The notes: generated by a model not told the origin, from the letters alone. A stretch of 64,000 nt of DNA from the human T2T-CHM13v2.0 reference genome, Homo sapiens (GCF_009914755.1 NC_060925.1), one strand, 5' to 3'; shown: positions 14,993-30,496, counted from the stretch's first letter. Numbers and translations are program-made.

Positions 14993-16289
14993 ATATCCTT
15001 CCTTGGTTGTCACTTCTACCTAGAGAAGGGTGTGGGCGGGTCGCGAACCTTTCTCTTCTGTCCCTTCAGACCCACCGCCAGGCTGGGTTATATTACCGCG
15101 GCCTGAACCCCCTCTTTTCTTTGTCAGTGAGTGGGATGAAAAGTGAGGGACTGGAGGGGAAGCGACAACCGTGGTAGATTTAAGTAAGGCTTTGGCCCTG
15201 GAAAGGCTCGCGGACGTGTTCTGACCCAAGGTTTTAGCAGTGGATGTGGCGTTTTCTTCCATTCCTTCTTTCAGTTTTTCTGTACTCGTTGCTTGCAATT
15301 AAGTGTAAATACTTTTGCTAGTGGATAATGGGGGAGGCAAGGACTGAGACCTGCGGTATGACGATAGCTCTGGCTCTTAATAGTTTGAGGTAAAGCGAGA
15401 TACTCTGAGCTTTTGTCTCCCGTAAAAAGGGTGGTGAATATGAATAAGGGCTTTCTTAGCGTTATAAGAATTAAAGGGCATAGTTCTGTGGTGTGAAATC
15501 TTTAAAAGATGTTCAGTAAATAAAAATGATTTTCCTCCTTCCCCTCTCAGACCTCTTTTTCTTCTTTCTTTCTTTTTTTTTGACAAGTTCTCACTCCTCT
15601 CACCCAGGCTGGAGTCTTTCTGAAAGAGTTGCTTCCGCTTGTTGTTGGCTTTCAACTGTTGGATTTGAGGCGCTTAGCGCCTTCTTCGTCCGGGTGCAGC
15701 ACATTCTTGATTGGTCTCATGCCTTTGTGGTTGTAAATGTGCCTGGAATCCTAGCCTTTCATGGTAAACCATATGTATATGTATCTTTTTCACAACATTT
15801 GAGCCCAGCTTTATACAATTACACTCAAAAGAAAAAAAGTAACCTTCACTTGAGAGAATCTCAATACTGCACAAATATTGTGCAGCTAAAGCCCTATGTA
15901 ATCACATAGAAGTCATTCACCTAGGCATTAGCAAAATCTCAGAAGGTGCCAAAGCCCCCTTTTTTAGTTTTTGTGTAGATACAGAACTGCCGTCTTCAAG
16001 GAGTTTCAACTTGAAAACAAATAGCCACCCTCAAAACATTCAAAAACACTTAAACTGCGTGCATAATGTGTGTGAGACATGGTGTTAGGCTTTGGGAGAA
16101 CAGAGACACGGAACGTGATTCCTCTTCTTCCCCACAAGCTTATAGAGAGACTTCATTAAGTTGAAAGTCAACATTCCCACCTAGCTTTGCACTTCAAACG
16201 ACATATTCAAAAAAGCCCAAACTTCCTCTAGTTTTCTTCATCTGAGTAAATGGTTTCACAAACTGAAACCTTGAATCCTCTCTGTCTCA

Positions 16290-16940
16290 CACACCCGATC
16301 AGTAAGTTCTATTGTTTCTGATTCCAAACTATGTCTTGAATCAATCCGTTTATCTCCATCCTCATTGCTACCACTCTGATTCCAAACCCTTATCACCTCT
16401 CACTTGGAGTATTAATAGTTTCCTTGTTTCTACTCATAATTCATTATTCCAAAAAAGTTAAGAGGGGAAAAACATAGATCTCGTCATTTCCCTTTTTAAA
16501 CCACTTTACCTTCAAGGTTCCAGGTGATCTAAGCCTTGCCCTTCTCTCATACCTAGTTAATTAACTACACTCTGTTCATGAATACATTAGGCTCACCTAC
16601 CTCAAGATCTTTTTGCTCAGCCTGATTTGTTCTCTCAGCCTTTTGCATATTTCATGTTTATGTCTTGGCCCAAATGTCACTTCCTTAGAGGGGCTTTTTC
16701 AGAGCCTTCAATCTTAGGCAGTTCCCCCAAACGCAGTCTTACACTTGTATCACATTGGCCTGTTCAGTTTTCTAAAAAGCACATTACCATTAAAAGAAAT
16801 GCTCTTGTTTGCTTTGTATATTTTCCACTTCTACACATTATGTTGCAAAGTTCATAAAGGCAGGATGTTGATTTTCTTCACAGCGTTACCCTCAGCACCT
16901 AGAACAGTGCCTGACACATAGTAAGCATTCATTAAATGGC
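16290..16940 (+). mobile_element. L2 3' fragment
   Basis: Ends CAGCACCTAGAACAGTGCCTGACACATAGTAAGCATTCATTAAAT. Confidence 0.6.
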
Positions 16941-17324
16941 TAAAAATATTTCATGTTTTAAAAATACTTGGGAGTCTAATTAGACAATACTTTTTTTCAG
17001 CTTAATGGTAGTATTTTAGCTTCACTATTTTAACAAATGAAAAATTTGCAATAAATCTACAATGCCATTACCCCCCAAAATCTTTTTCATGTTTTGCATT
17101 TTACGTATTATTTTCCAGGCCTTACCTGCATGTCTGCATAATCATAACTGACTAATTTTGGAACAGCTGGTAATTATTTGAGCTTTACTGAAATTTTTTC
17201 ATGAGGCCAATTCTACCCTACTGAACTCAAATTTGAGTTAATGATGACCTCATTTTGATTGCTGCTGTAAAAAATAAGATTTCGGAAGAGGAATGAATTC
17301 TTGTATTACTGTGGTAGGACTATG

Positions 17325-17621
17325 GGTTTTTTTTTGTTTGTTTGTTTGTTTTGAGACGGAGTCTCACCCTGTCACCCAGGCTGGAGTGCAGTGGTGCGAT
17401 CTCAGCTCACAGCAGCCAGGTTCAAGTGATTCTCCTTCCTCAGCCTCCCGAGTAGCTGAGATTACAGGCACGTGCCACCATGCCCGGCTAATTTTTTGTA
17501 TCTTTAGTAGAGATGGTTTCACCATGTTGGCCAGGCTGGTCTCGAACTCCTGACCTCGTGATCCGCCTGCCTCAGCCTCCCAAAGTGCTGGGACTACAGG
17601 CGTGAGCCACCGTGCCCGGCC
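17325..17621 (-). mobile_element. AluS
   Basis: Antisense Alu with a small internal deletion. Confidence 0.9.
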
Positions 17622-17912
17622 GGGTTATTCATTTTTCTTATTAACATTCTTTGATGATTCTTACGGTGTTGTTACAGTAAAACATTTCTAACAATTATTC
17701 TAACAATTATTCTTGATGGTGTATATGAAGAATTTATTGTCGTGTATTTGTAAGCTGCTATGTGCAGAAGAATTTCAGTCAAATAAAGTTGGTAAGATAG
17801 GTATGTAAGTAATATGAAAAAAGATAGAAGGTGATGAGTGACAGGTATAAATTAAGTACAATAGAAATGTTGAGGAAAGAAAAATTTCTTGTAATAGAAA
17901 TCGGAAGTACAA

Positions 17913-18385
<473 letters not shown>

Positions 18386-18696
18386 TCATAAACCTGTGGA
18401 TTATTGTAGCATTGTTTCTCATCTGTCAAAAATATTTCATGACTATGCATAGTTTGAAAAGGCAAGTTTGTCCCTGGGCAATTTTCAAAATATTTCTTTA
18501 ATGTGTTTTCACAATACTGTTTACCTAATAAATCTTAAGTTTTTAAAAGCAAAATTAAGCCAGTAATTTGAGTCCAATTCCAATCTCTTATGAGTCATTG
18601 CTTAAATTTCAAAAGGGTTTTATTTTTTTTTTAGGTTTGTTCTGAGTAATGAATACCCTATTACTATGACACTAGTATCTTCCTTAATTATCCTAC

Positions 18697-18736
18697 TCAT
18701 TGTCTCAACATTCTGAAAGTTGGATTGAGCATATTC
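18697..18736 (+). CDS. FIRRM: FIRRM exon 2 (40 nt, U12 acceptor): SLSQHSESWIEHI+C
   Basis: Follows the AC acceptor and ends at C|GTAAGT. Phase 1 joins AA of exon 3 (CAA=Q). Confidence 0.85.
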
Positions 18737-19267
18737 GTAAGTAAAATTGTTTTAACTGTATGATGTACTTTGATGTTAAGGTCCGAGTCCCCACATACCT
18801 CGGTAGATGTGTTCTTACAGTTTTGTATTCCCTTGAAATGTAACTGTTCTCTATGTTACAGCCTTTATAACCTTCAGTTACTTGAAATGAACAAATTCAT
18901 TCAAATTCCAGCACTTAAAAGTTTTAAATTACATTTTGGATAAATACCAAAGTGTTTTGTTGATGATGTATGTATAAACAAATTGTAAATATTAAACGTT
19001 AGTTGTTATGATTAGACCTATATAAAACATGATATGCAGTCTACTGAATAGCTATCAGCCTCTAACATGTTTAGTGTCATTTAGAAAATGCTTTCTAAAT
19101 TGCCAAAAGCTGATTGTCTAGGTGATAACAAATTTACCATTTGGAGGAAGTTGACTTTCTCATTTTCATGTCTTCATCAGTCTTACTTGATGAGATTCAT
19201 TCTTCTAGTCAGAAGAGAGTTTAGACTGCTCAGTTTACTCATATTTTGAGTTAGCTTTTCTATTTAG

Positions 19268-20121
<854 letters not shown>

Positions 20122-20662
20122 ATAATTTTTTTTAAGTAAATTATTTTTTTATCTTGAGTATAGAAGTGATTCATGTTCATTGTGGAAAATATGAAACATA
20201 TAGAAAAACAGAAAAGATTACAAAACATCTAATCTGAAATGGTTAAGATTTTGATGAGAACAGTCTCATCTCATTTCCGTATATTCCTGCCAGCCTATCC
20301 ATCATTCTTCGTACATGTTTATCTACATTAAAATTGGTGTTATATTTTGGAAACTTTTTGTTTAACTACATTGTGAACATTTTTCATGTTTTAAAATGTC
20401 ATTTTAATGATGGCAGATCCTATTCAATAGATGTACACACACCTATTTAACTGGTCCACAATTGTTGGATATGTAGGTCGTTTCCTTTCTCTCTTTTTTT
20501 TTTTTTTTTTGGCTACTACTTAATAGTTTCTCTGTATAGAATGTGGTATTTTGAAAGTGTATCAAGCTTTAGATTGGTAGTATTCTTGCATTTAATAAAG
20601 GGCAGTGGCCTTTGTTGACTGACATGACAATATTTTTATAAAATTTGTTATTTGCTTTACAG

Positions 20663-20751
20663 AAATTTTGAAAATTATTGTAGAAATGTTTTTACCTCAT
20701 ATGAACCACCTGACATTGGAACAGACTTTCTTTTCACAAGTGTTACCAAAG
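20663..20751 (+). CDS. FIRRM: FIRRM exon 3: (Q)ILKIIVE-MFLPHMNHLTLEQTFFSQVLPK; contains ATG 20686, start of the shorter canonical protein
   Basis: TTTACAG acceptor and AAG|GTATAA donor. MFLPHMNHLTLEQ matches the recalled N-terminus of the 853-aa C1orf112. Confidence 0.95.
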
Positions 20752-20940
20752 GTATAATACTATTACCTGAAAATACATGTTATAAGGAATCTAGCCTCAG
20801 TCTTAGATGATTTATTATTAATTATGGCTCTCTTTTTCTAATATATCAAATATATTCAAAATAAAAATAAGGAGTAAGTAGATCTCATGTGAGACTATAA
20901 TGGTGTTAGTGTGATCATTAGGCAGTTAAAAACTGTTACA

Positions 20941-21260
<320 letters not shown>

Positions 21261-22397
21261 TCAGATTGTGTGGTTCCTTTACTAACTGAATTTAAATTAT
21301 TTGTAGTCAATTTTAAATGCTCTTGTATTTTAAAGCCACTGTACTCCAGCCTGGGTGACAGAGTGAAACCCTTAATTCAAAAAAAAAAAAAAAAGAAAAG
21401 CTGGAATATTGGCAAAATCAAGTAACTAAGAGAAAACATTAAATTCACAGAATACGTTATTACATTTTAGATATATATGGTATATGTTTTCTCTGAAAAG
21501 CACAAGCATACCTTTTTTGTTTTAAATGGAGGGAACTAAAGATACTTTGGTGCCAAAATGAAACATTATTTGTAATTAATCTCTTATTGAAATGGGTTTC
21601 TAACTTTAGCTTTGAATCGTAATCTTTCAAATTTCTTGTACTCATAGTCACTTGATGATTCTCTATCTGAAATATTTCTTAGAATTTGTTCTTGACCACC
21701 AGAAAAAGATTCAACTGTTACATAGATGAAAATGGATGTTGAGTGTTAACAGGCCTATGGGAAACAGTATTTTCTTTAGCTACATTGTATTGTTGACTGT
21801 GTTGCTATTCTTATAATGTTTAGGTCATTTAAATTGTTAGAAAGATCCAAGTATTAAGATCTAGGGTGGCTAACTTTTCACAGACAAAAAGCTTGTTTGT
21901 AAGGTCATTTACTATACCCTTAATTCAGGAAGGTTAGCTTGAATTGGGTCAAAAGGAAACTGGTTAGAAAATAAGTGAGTAGTGAATAGGCGATTCAGTG
22001 CAAATTCCTTCCAGAAAATACCCTTGTAAATGACTGTATGAATGTGGATTCTTCAAGACAGTCAAATTTATTGTGCGAAAGTAATACTTTTATTTTTTGC
22101 ATCTCTAAAACATGAACTTTGAGTGATTTTTTAAAAAAATTGATGCTATTAAATAGATTCAAACCATAGAAATGGAAAATAAATTTCTGTTTGGGGCTTT
22201 TGGGGGGATTATGTTGTAAAAATACCTTTTCTCTGTATTTTGTGCTTAATTAGGTACAATTGTTAAGCTAGATGATAGCCTGTGGATGTTACTAGTGCAA
22301 AATCAAATTATCGTATTGTGTTTTCTCTGTAAAGTTTTGTCTTGTCTTTTCTAGTGATTTCTCTTATTCCTGTTTATTACTTGATTTGTTTTTACAG

Positions 22398-22502
22398 ACT
22401 GTGAAATTATTCGATGACATGATGTATGAATTAACCAGTCAAGCCAGAGGACTGTCAAGCCAAAATTTGGAAATCCAGACCACTCTAAGGAATATTTTAC
22501 AA
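22398..22502 (+). CDS. FIRRM: FIRRM exon 4: TVKLFDDMMYELTSQARGLSSQNLEIQTTLRNILQ
   Basis: TTTACAG / CAA|GTAAGT, 105 nt, phase 0-0. Confidence 0.95.
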
Positions 22503-22942
22503 GTAAGTCAAATGTATTAGAAAGCAGGAGAGAGAGGGAGCTTAAAGAATGTCAAAATTTTTATACTGATACTGATTAGCTATGTATTCTTATGTAATGG
22601 CCTAATGTTGGAATTAAATTTATAGAATTAAAGACGTGAATATAGAAACATGAATTCTGAATAATAAACTCTTATAAGAGAAGTCATCAAGCTAGCTGAC
22701 CCTACCTGTATTTTCAAGGATATGTGTGGAACACCTGCCATGTGTTTTGAAGTTTGTGTTAGTATTCTAAATGGCTAGACAGTTGTTCCAGTATTTGTAG
22801 TTCTGATAGACTAAAGTTCTGTGAAAAGAGGAAGAGACTGTGTTTTGTTCATTGCTGTATTTGTAGCACCCAGCATGCTGACTAATACCTTTTCAGTGCA
22901 CAAAAAATATATTCTAAGTGAAATTTCCTTCCTTATTCACAG

Positions 22943-23083
22943 ACAATGGTGCAGCTCTTAGGAGCTCTCACAGGATGTGTTCAGCATATCTGTGCCACAC
23001 AGGAATCCATCATTTTGGAAAATATTCAGAGTCTCCCCTCCTCAGTCCTTCATATAATTAAAAGCACATTTGTGCATTGTAAG
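22943..23083 (+). CDS. FIRRM: FIRRM exon 5: TMVQLLGALTGCVQHIC...STFVHCK
   Basis: TTCACAG / AAG|GTGAGT, 141 nt. Confidence 0.95.
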
Positions 23084-23848
23084 GTGAGTAAAGGTCTAAT
23101 TATACTTTGAATGGTATATAATCAATGTGCATAGGGGCTGAGTAAAATAATGTTTGTATAAGATTTTACATTTTAGTCTATATTATTGAAATAAACTTTT
23201 CCATAGAATAAAGAACATGTAAGTAAATAATTGTTGCAAAAAAAGTGGTTTTAAGGAAGTCATTAAAAGTGGCTTTTTGGGGTTTTTTAGTTTTATCTTA
23301 TTTCCCCTCTATAAAGAAAGAAGTTTTAAGAATTTGTGTTGAGACAGACACAGGGATCCTGAAATAGTTATGTCATGTTGCATTGACCAATATTCAATTA
23401 CCATTATGATTAGATGTCAGAACTTCCTTTTATAAAGGAAAGTTAATCCTTATTTAGTCCATCTCTACATGCCAGAGGTAGCCTTGAGGCACAAAAGCTT
23501 GCCTAGAATTTATGGGTCACAGACAGTTTTAATATTGCTATTTGTTGGGCGAATGAAAATCACTAGTTAATTAATACCTCTCTTTGCTGATAGGATGCTA
23601 AAAATGTCATGCACCTGGCCTAATGTTACCCTTTTTTAGTTCTGTATTTGCAAGATCATGGAAGTCAGAAATAATATTTTATACATGCTTGCATCTCTTG
23701 AAGCACACTATATTTAATGGATGTTCACTAAACAATGAATGAATATGTGATTCAGTAAATTTATGATCTCTAATAGTATGAATTAAAGTAAATTTGGCTC
23801 TTGAGCTTTGATTTGTTTTTTCTCTCATTTTTATTTATCCGTAATCAG

Positions 23849-24014
23849 AATAGTGAATCTGTGTATTCTGGGTGTTTACACCTAGTTTCAGACCTTCTCC
23901 AGGCTCTTTTCAAGGAGGCCTATTCTCTTCAAAAGCAGTTAATGGAACTGCTGGACATGGTTTGCATGGACCCTTTAGTAGATGACAATGATGATATTTT
24001 GAATATGGTAATAG
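23849..24014 (+). CDS. FIRRM: FIRRM exon 6: NSESVYSGCLHLVSDLLQ...DILNMVI
   Basis: AATCAG / TAG|GTGAGT, 166 nt; overlaps ORF 23801..24022. Confidence 0.95.
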
Positions 24015-24448
24015 GTGAGTGAAGAAAACTTTCTGCTTAGTATATGGTGACTATAAATCATGTATCAATTAAAATTGTCTCTAATGATTCATGTTATTTT
24101 CTTACTAATTATGCATTAAAATTGATTTAAATCTTACCAAATAAATTTTTAATCTTGAAATTTGGAATTTGTAAAATTTATTTTGGGTACCTTAACCTAG
24201 ATTTGCGTATTTAGTTACTGTAATTTCTCCACAATGATTAACTTATATAACTTTATAATCTCTGAGGTTGTCCATATTCAGAGACAATAACTTTCACATT
24301 TTTTTAACCATAACTGATATTGAGATGCAGTTTATATTTCCTTCCAGAATACATATAAATACATGCATATGTGTATGTAAATATGTCTATTCTCATATAC
24401 ATATTATAATGAAATAACTCATTTTACATGTGATGCACTTTATACTAG

Positions 24449-24789
<341 letters not shown>

Positions 24790-24914
24790 TAACACACTTC
24801 ATTGATTTTATCACTCATTAATGGATTATGAACAAGAGTTTGAAAAACAATATAAAGGCAAAGTTTGCATTCAAAACTTTGGTATAAAGAGAGTAAGTTG
24901 GTTTTGTGCAGTGT

Positions 24915-25368
24915 ATCAGGCACCTGTTGCTCTGCAACACACCACCTCAAAATCTATTTATTCACTATTTATTTATTCATGATTCTGTGAGTCTGCAGTT
25001 TAGGGTGGGATGTCCTGAGACAACTTTCTCTGATCCACCTGGGGCACTAGCTCACCCATGTGACTTCAGTGACTTCATTCACATCTGGCTGTTGGCAGAG
25101 GCAGAAGTACTTGAGAAAGCCATGTGCATCATCCAGCAGGTTCACCCTATCTCAGATACCTGATGCCAGTGGTTTCAGGGTTTCTAAGAGTAGCAAAAGT
25201 GTGAGCAGGTCGCTGTGTGCTAGCACTTTTCAAGTTTCTGCTTGCCTTAATTTTATTATTGTCCCCCGGGCCACAGCAGGTCATAGCGTTTAGCCCAGAG
25301 TCATTGTAGAAAAGTGTGGATTCACAAAGGGCAGTCATTGTGGCCATTTTTATAAATAATCTACCACA
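24915..25368 (-). mobile_element. Old MaLR LTR (MLT1-like)
   Basis: TTTATTCATGATTCTGTGAGTC...; ends AATCTACCACA. Confidence 0.5.
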
Positions 25369-25777
25369 GACTGAGTAAAAGCCTTGCATGAATACCATGG
25401 AAATTAATTTGAATTCTTCCTTTTTAGATTTTCTTTCCTTAGCAATTTGTTTTGTCATTTTGGATTAGAATTATATCTGTAGAATATTTCAGTTATAATA
25501 GGGTACAACTTTTATTCCACTGAACATCTTTAGTTTTATTTAGGTCATCTGGTAGGTATAAACTTCAGAAGTTAATATTCAATATTTATAAAAACCATTA
25601 ACAAGTGTGACACTTAAATAGTTTAAATAATTCTTTTGACACAACTGTTTCCAAGTTGTGTTACGTATTTTAATTCAATCAAATGTTGAAATTGTTCAGT
25701 AGATAGTTTTAATTATAGGAGAAACTCACCCCCATGACATTTGGATGTCTTAAAAGTTCTGTTATCTTTCTTTGCAG

Positions 25778-25862
25778 TTATTCATTCTTTATTGGATATC
25801 TGCTCTGTTATTTCCAGTATGGACCATGCATTTCATGCCAATACTTGGAAGTTTATAATTAA
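25778..25862 (+). CDS. FIRRM: FIRRM exon 7: (V)IHSLLDICSVISSMDHAFHANTWKFII(K)
   Basis: TTTGCAG / TAA|GTAAGT, 85 nt, phase 1-2. Confidence 0.95.
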
Positions 25863-26489
25863 GTAAGTTTGTTTGTTATTTTTTACTTTTTAGAAAATGT
25901 TTTCCATATTCCCCAATCTTAATTATTCATGATTCTTTAGATTGCATTTAAAACATTTTGTGTGAATTTAATGTTCACTGACACTGCTGTCTGATAATCC
26001 AGATATTCTACATGTAGCTCTCAAGCCAAATTGGACTTCTTTACCCTGTGGCCTCTAAAATTAAAAAAAATGTTCTTCCTAGTTAGCTAGTACTTCAGAA
26101 ATAATGGGCCATGGGCCAGACTAGAACTTAACCACTTTTCTTCTGCTACTGTTGTTTAACCAGCTATCAAGTATCCTATTTCTAGGATTAGATAAATTGA
26201 TAACTATAATTAAAACTGAATATAATCTTTTCATTAGGTACTTTTAAGTTGTTCACACTTAATTCCATTTGTACAGTAATTTTAACTTTCTGAAACTGAA
26301 GCATTTTAAAGGGTCACCAGGGATAGTGCCTGTAGCATTCATCAGATTCTTAGGGGTGAGAGGAGATGTGGTTGAGATGTAAAAATGGTTAAGAATATCT
26401 ACTTTATACACATACATAAAACATTAAAGGTCAGTGTATTTTCAGGTCTTAGGTACTTTTCTTGTACTACCAGGACATTAAGTTGCCAT

Positions 26490-27355
26490 TCAGTGGTTAA
26501 GAGTGTTGCCTGGGAGCTGTATCACATGTGCTTAAATCCATTCTTGAAATCATTTACTCCTTCTGAGCCCTTGGGCTATTTGGTTAATTTCTCTGAACGT
26601 TAGTTTGCTCATCTGAAAATGGAAATAATAATAGCAACTTCTTGACAGGGTTATAGTGAGAATTGAGTTCATCACTGTGAAATGCTTAGAAATGTGCATG
26701 ACACATAGTTAATGCTCAAGGAATTAGCCACATCACTATCATCATCACTGATTATCTTCCACTCTTACCCTCTTCCAGTTCATTTTCTGCCCAGCAGAAT
26801 GATCTTTTAAAAAGTAAATCAGATCATGTTACTCTATTGCTTGAAGTCTATCCCATTTGATTAAGAATAACAACCTAATCCTCTGTGGATGCTGCCTCCT
26901 TCACCAGCCTGTCTCATGCTGCTCTCCCTACTCTTAGTTCCTCAAACATACCAAACTCTCCTGTCCCAGAGTCTTTTCGTGGTTTTTCCATCTGCCTAGG
27001 ATGCTTCTCTCTCCTATTTTGTGTACCTTGCTAACTCCTGCTTACTGTCTTTCAGTTCTCAGCTTAAGAGTTATATCTTCATGATAACATTCTTTGATAT
27101 CCTTACCCTAAGATTAAGTTAGATTGATATCCTTACCCTAAGAATAAGTTAGATTAGGTCTCTCTATTGTAGCACCTTAGACTCTGTCATTTGACAAATC
27201 ACAGCCCTAATTAATTATTCTTAAAATTATTTAACATTCTCTCTCATGCTAGACCACAAGTTTCATGCAGGTAAGGCGGAGATTGTGTCCATTTGTTTGA
27301 CCCCTTTGTCTCCAGGGCCTGGTAGAATGCCTCATACATAGTAAGAATTCAATTA
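26490..27355 (+). mobile_element. MIR (~26490-26725) followed by an L2 fragment (~26770-27355)
   Basis: MIR core CTCATCTGAAAATGGAAATAATAATAG; L2 end AGGGCCTGGTAGAATGCCTCATACATAGTAAG. Confidence 0.6.
27096..27155. repeat. 30-bp tandem duplication (GATATCCTTACCCTAAGA[T/A]TAAGTTAGATT x2)
   Basis: Two copies, one mismatch. Confidence 0.95.
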
Positions 27356-27564
27356 ATATTTTACACAGAGAAAAAATTAGCAACTTATTTAAACAAATAT
27401 AACTGCTTCAGAGGTAAACTGGGCACATCTTAGTTATATTATGTGATATATGATGCTTTTTGATTGTTTTTTTAAATGTTCTACAAGGTAGATATTGTTA
27501 GAGGTCCTAAGTTACTTGATGTGTTACTTGTGGTGATTGTATTCTTTTCTTTTTATTCATTTAG

Positions 27565-27703
27565 GCAGAGCCTTAAGCACCAGTCCATAATAAAAAGCCA
27601 GTTGAAACACAAAGATATAATTACTAGCTTGTGTGAAGACATTCTTTTCTCCTTCCATTCTTGTTTACAGTTAGCTGAGCAGATGACACAGTCAGATGCA
27701 CAG
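27565..27703 (+). CDS. FIRRM: FIRRM exon 8: QSLKHQSIIKSQLKHKD...QSDAQ
   Basis: TTTAG / CAG|GTAAAA, 139 nt, phase 2-0. Confidence 0.95.
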
Positions 27704-28187
27704 GTAAAATTTGGGCTAATAGCATTTTAAACAGCAACTCTTATTTTCTTTGGCAGTTAGTAAATCTCATTTGAATGTCTGGGTCAGTCTATTTAAGAGG
27801 ATTTTAATTTATTTCATTTGGGTGTTTTTTTTTGATCTGTGGGATTATTTATATCCCATAATTACTTTTCACCCAGAGCATTGTATTAGATTCCTAACTG
27901 CTGTCATTGCCTCTGGGGTCTGCCTGGCTCCCTCTTTGCTTGGTAACTGGTTGGTCACAGCATTCTTCTCAGAATCCTTTCATTCTTTTCTGCATGAGAA
28001 CAAAAATTCTTTTGTTCATATTTGTATAAGATCTGATATAGCTGCAATCAATCTTGCATTTTTTCTTCACCAACGCATTGCGACCTTTAGGGATACAAGT
28101 ATGTTTGTGCATGTATATGTATGTATCAGTCTTTTAAATTTGATATAGTCATACATTTGTTTTTATTTTGAAAAGTTAGAGTGTTGA

Positions 28188-28704
<517 letters not shown>

Positions 28705-29658
28705 TGAATATTTCTTCCTTGAATAGCAATGACATAGCCCCTTCTATTGTACATCTGCAAGCTGATACAGGGAATTCCTTTGTACCTGCGCTCTTCCCTG
28801 CCAGTCAGCTATGGGGGTGAAAGTGTAGGGGTTCATCCAAGTCCTAAAACTGGTAGCAACTCCTAGGGCAGGGCTGATCTGGAAGGACAGACCCTAGGGG
28901 AGGGTGGAACTTTAAAAAGAAGTTCTGAAGGTAGTAAGAAGGAAATGAGGAGTAGTGTTAGGAAGGGGCTAACTTTTTTCTTCTTGCTTCTCTTCTTTAT
29001 CTCACCTGCCCCTCCCCTTGTATCCCTTCTTCCTTTTTCCCTTTCCTTTTTTGTCCTCACTTCATTCGTGCATCCTTTCTGATTCCTCTTACCTTGCTAA
29101 AAGGAGAAGTTTGTTTGGGTATCCTATATCAATGGCAGGAAGGTTGTTTTCTTCTTTACCTTTATCCTATAGATTCATATTCTCAACACCAACCTCCTCC
29201 TTTTTCAGTTTCCTTCTTGCTTCTCTTGACACCACAGAGTTTGCAGCTAGTACTTGGAGAGGAAAATTAAACAGAGATACTTGGACCAAGAGTAAGATGA
29301 AGAAAGTCTAAACAACAGTATAGTCTATAGTGGCAAGAGAGAGTATGGGGGCTGCTTAGCCAGGGTGGCTGTACATAAAGTATATCTTCAGTTTATATAA
29401 ACTGCTTATAGATGGAAATCAGAAAATTTAAATTCTCTTAACTGTCCAAGAAAATTCTCATTTTTTCAAATTTGGGACTGATAAATGTGACCAGTTCTGC
29501 TTACTGTCCATTGCCTGAAATGGAGCTTTGAGGTGGACTGTATAATTTCTTCAATCTTAACTCCAAATTCTGATCAGCGACGCCCTCTGCTGTTCACTAT
29601 TAATATTTATTTACCAATCAAAGTAAAGTATTGAAGTTTTCCTGGCAGTTTTCACTTT

Positions 29659-30014
29659 GTGTTTTAGTCCATTTAGGCTGCTATAACAAAATCCCTTAAA
29701 CTGGGTAAGGGATTATAAATATTAGAAATTTATCTCTCACAGTTCTGGAAGCTGGGAAGCCCAATATCAAGGCACCAGTAGATTTGGTGTCTAACGAGGG
29801 TGTGCCGTCTGCTTCAAAAATGGCCCCTTGTTGCTGCATCCTCACTTAGTGCAAGGGGCAAGACAGCTCCCTTCAACCTCTTTTATAAGGGCACTTATGT
29901 CATTCATGAGGGCAGAGCCCTCATGACTTAATCACTTCCCCAAAGGCCCCACCTCTTAATAGTATCACATTGGGTGTTAGGTGTCTGGGAGGACACCAAT
30001 CTTCAAGCCATATC
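29659..30014 (-). mobile_element. MLT1A-like MaLR solo LTR
   Basis: GTTTTAGTCCATTTAGGCTGCTATAACAAA...GGCAGAGCCCTCATGAC... Confidence 0.75.
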
Positions 30015-30099
30015 ATCTCACTTGGAAAAAAGTCAAAATAAAACCAGTAGATTTAATTAATATTACACTATTTATAGAAGCATGTGATGTATCATTCCT

Positions 30100-30496
30100 T
30101 GTATTAATTTCCTGGGGTTGCCGTAACAAGTTACCACAAACTAGGTGGCTTAAAACAATAGAATTTTATTCTCTCACATTTCTAGAGGCAGAAGTTCACA
30201 GTGTGTCAATAGGGCCATGTTCTCTGGAAGGCTTTAGGGGAGAATATATTTCATATCTTTCTCTTAGCTTCTCGGTGTCACTGGCAATCCTTAGCTTACT
30301 TTGGCTTTCTGTGTCTTCACATCATCTTTTTATAAGAACACCAGTGATAGTGATTAAGGGCATACCTTACTTTAATATGACCTCATCTTAACTAATTATG
30401 TCTTCAATAACCCTATTTCCAAATAAGGCCACATTCTGAAGTATTGGGAGTTAGAACTTAAAGCTTTTTGGGAGGGACACAGTTCAACCCATAACA
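30100..30496 (-). mobile_element. MLT1B/C-like MaLR solo LTR
   Basis: TGTATTAATTTCCTGGGGTTGCCGTAACAAG ... GGACACAGTTCAACCCATAACA. Confidence 0.75.

Larger units (their letters stand above)
14420..15110. promoter_or_regulatory. CpG-island bidirectional promoter for METTL18 (-) and FIRRM (+)
   Basis: The main non-repeat CpG-dense block in the window, lying between two head-to-head genes. ETS-like TTCCGG at ~14498, ~14726 and ~14828; E2F-like TTGGCGGG at 14811 and 14842; CHR-like TTTGAA at 14855-14860. Confidence 0.85.

Noticed and set aside
14993-15106. C-terminal half of ORF 14882..15106
   Set aside because: Read-through into the U12 intron; only 14882..14992 is exonic.
14279-15909. ORFs of 92-127 aa around the promoter
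   Set aside because: Expected from stop-poor CpG-island or low-complexity sequence; most have non-ATG starts and no recognisable domains.
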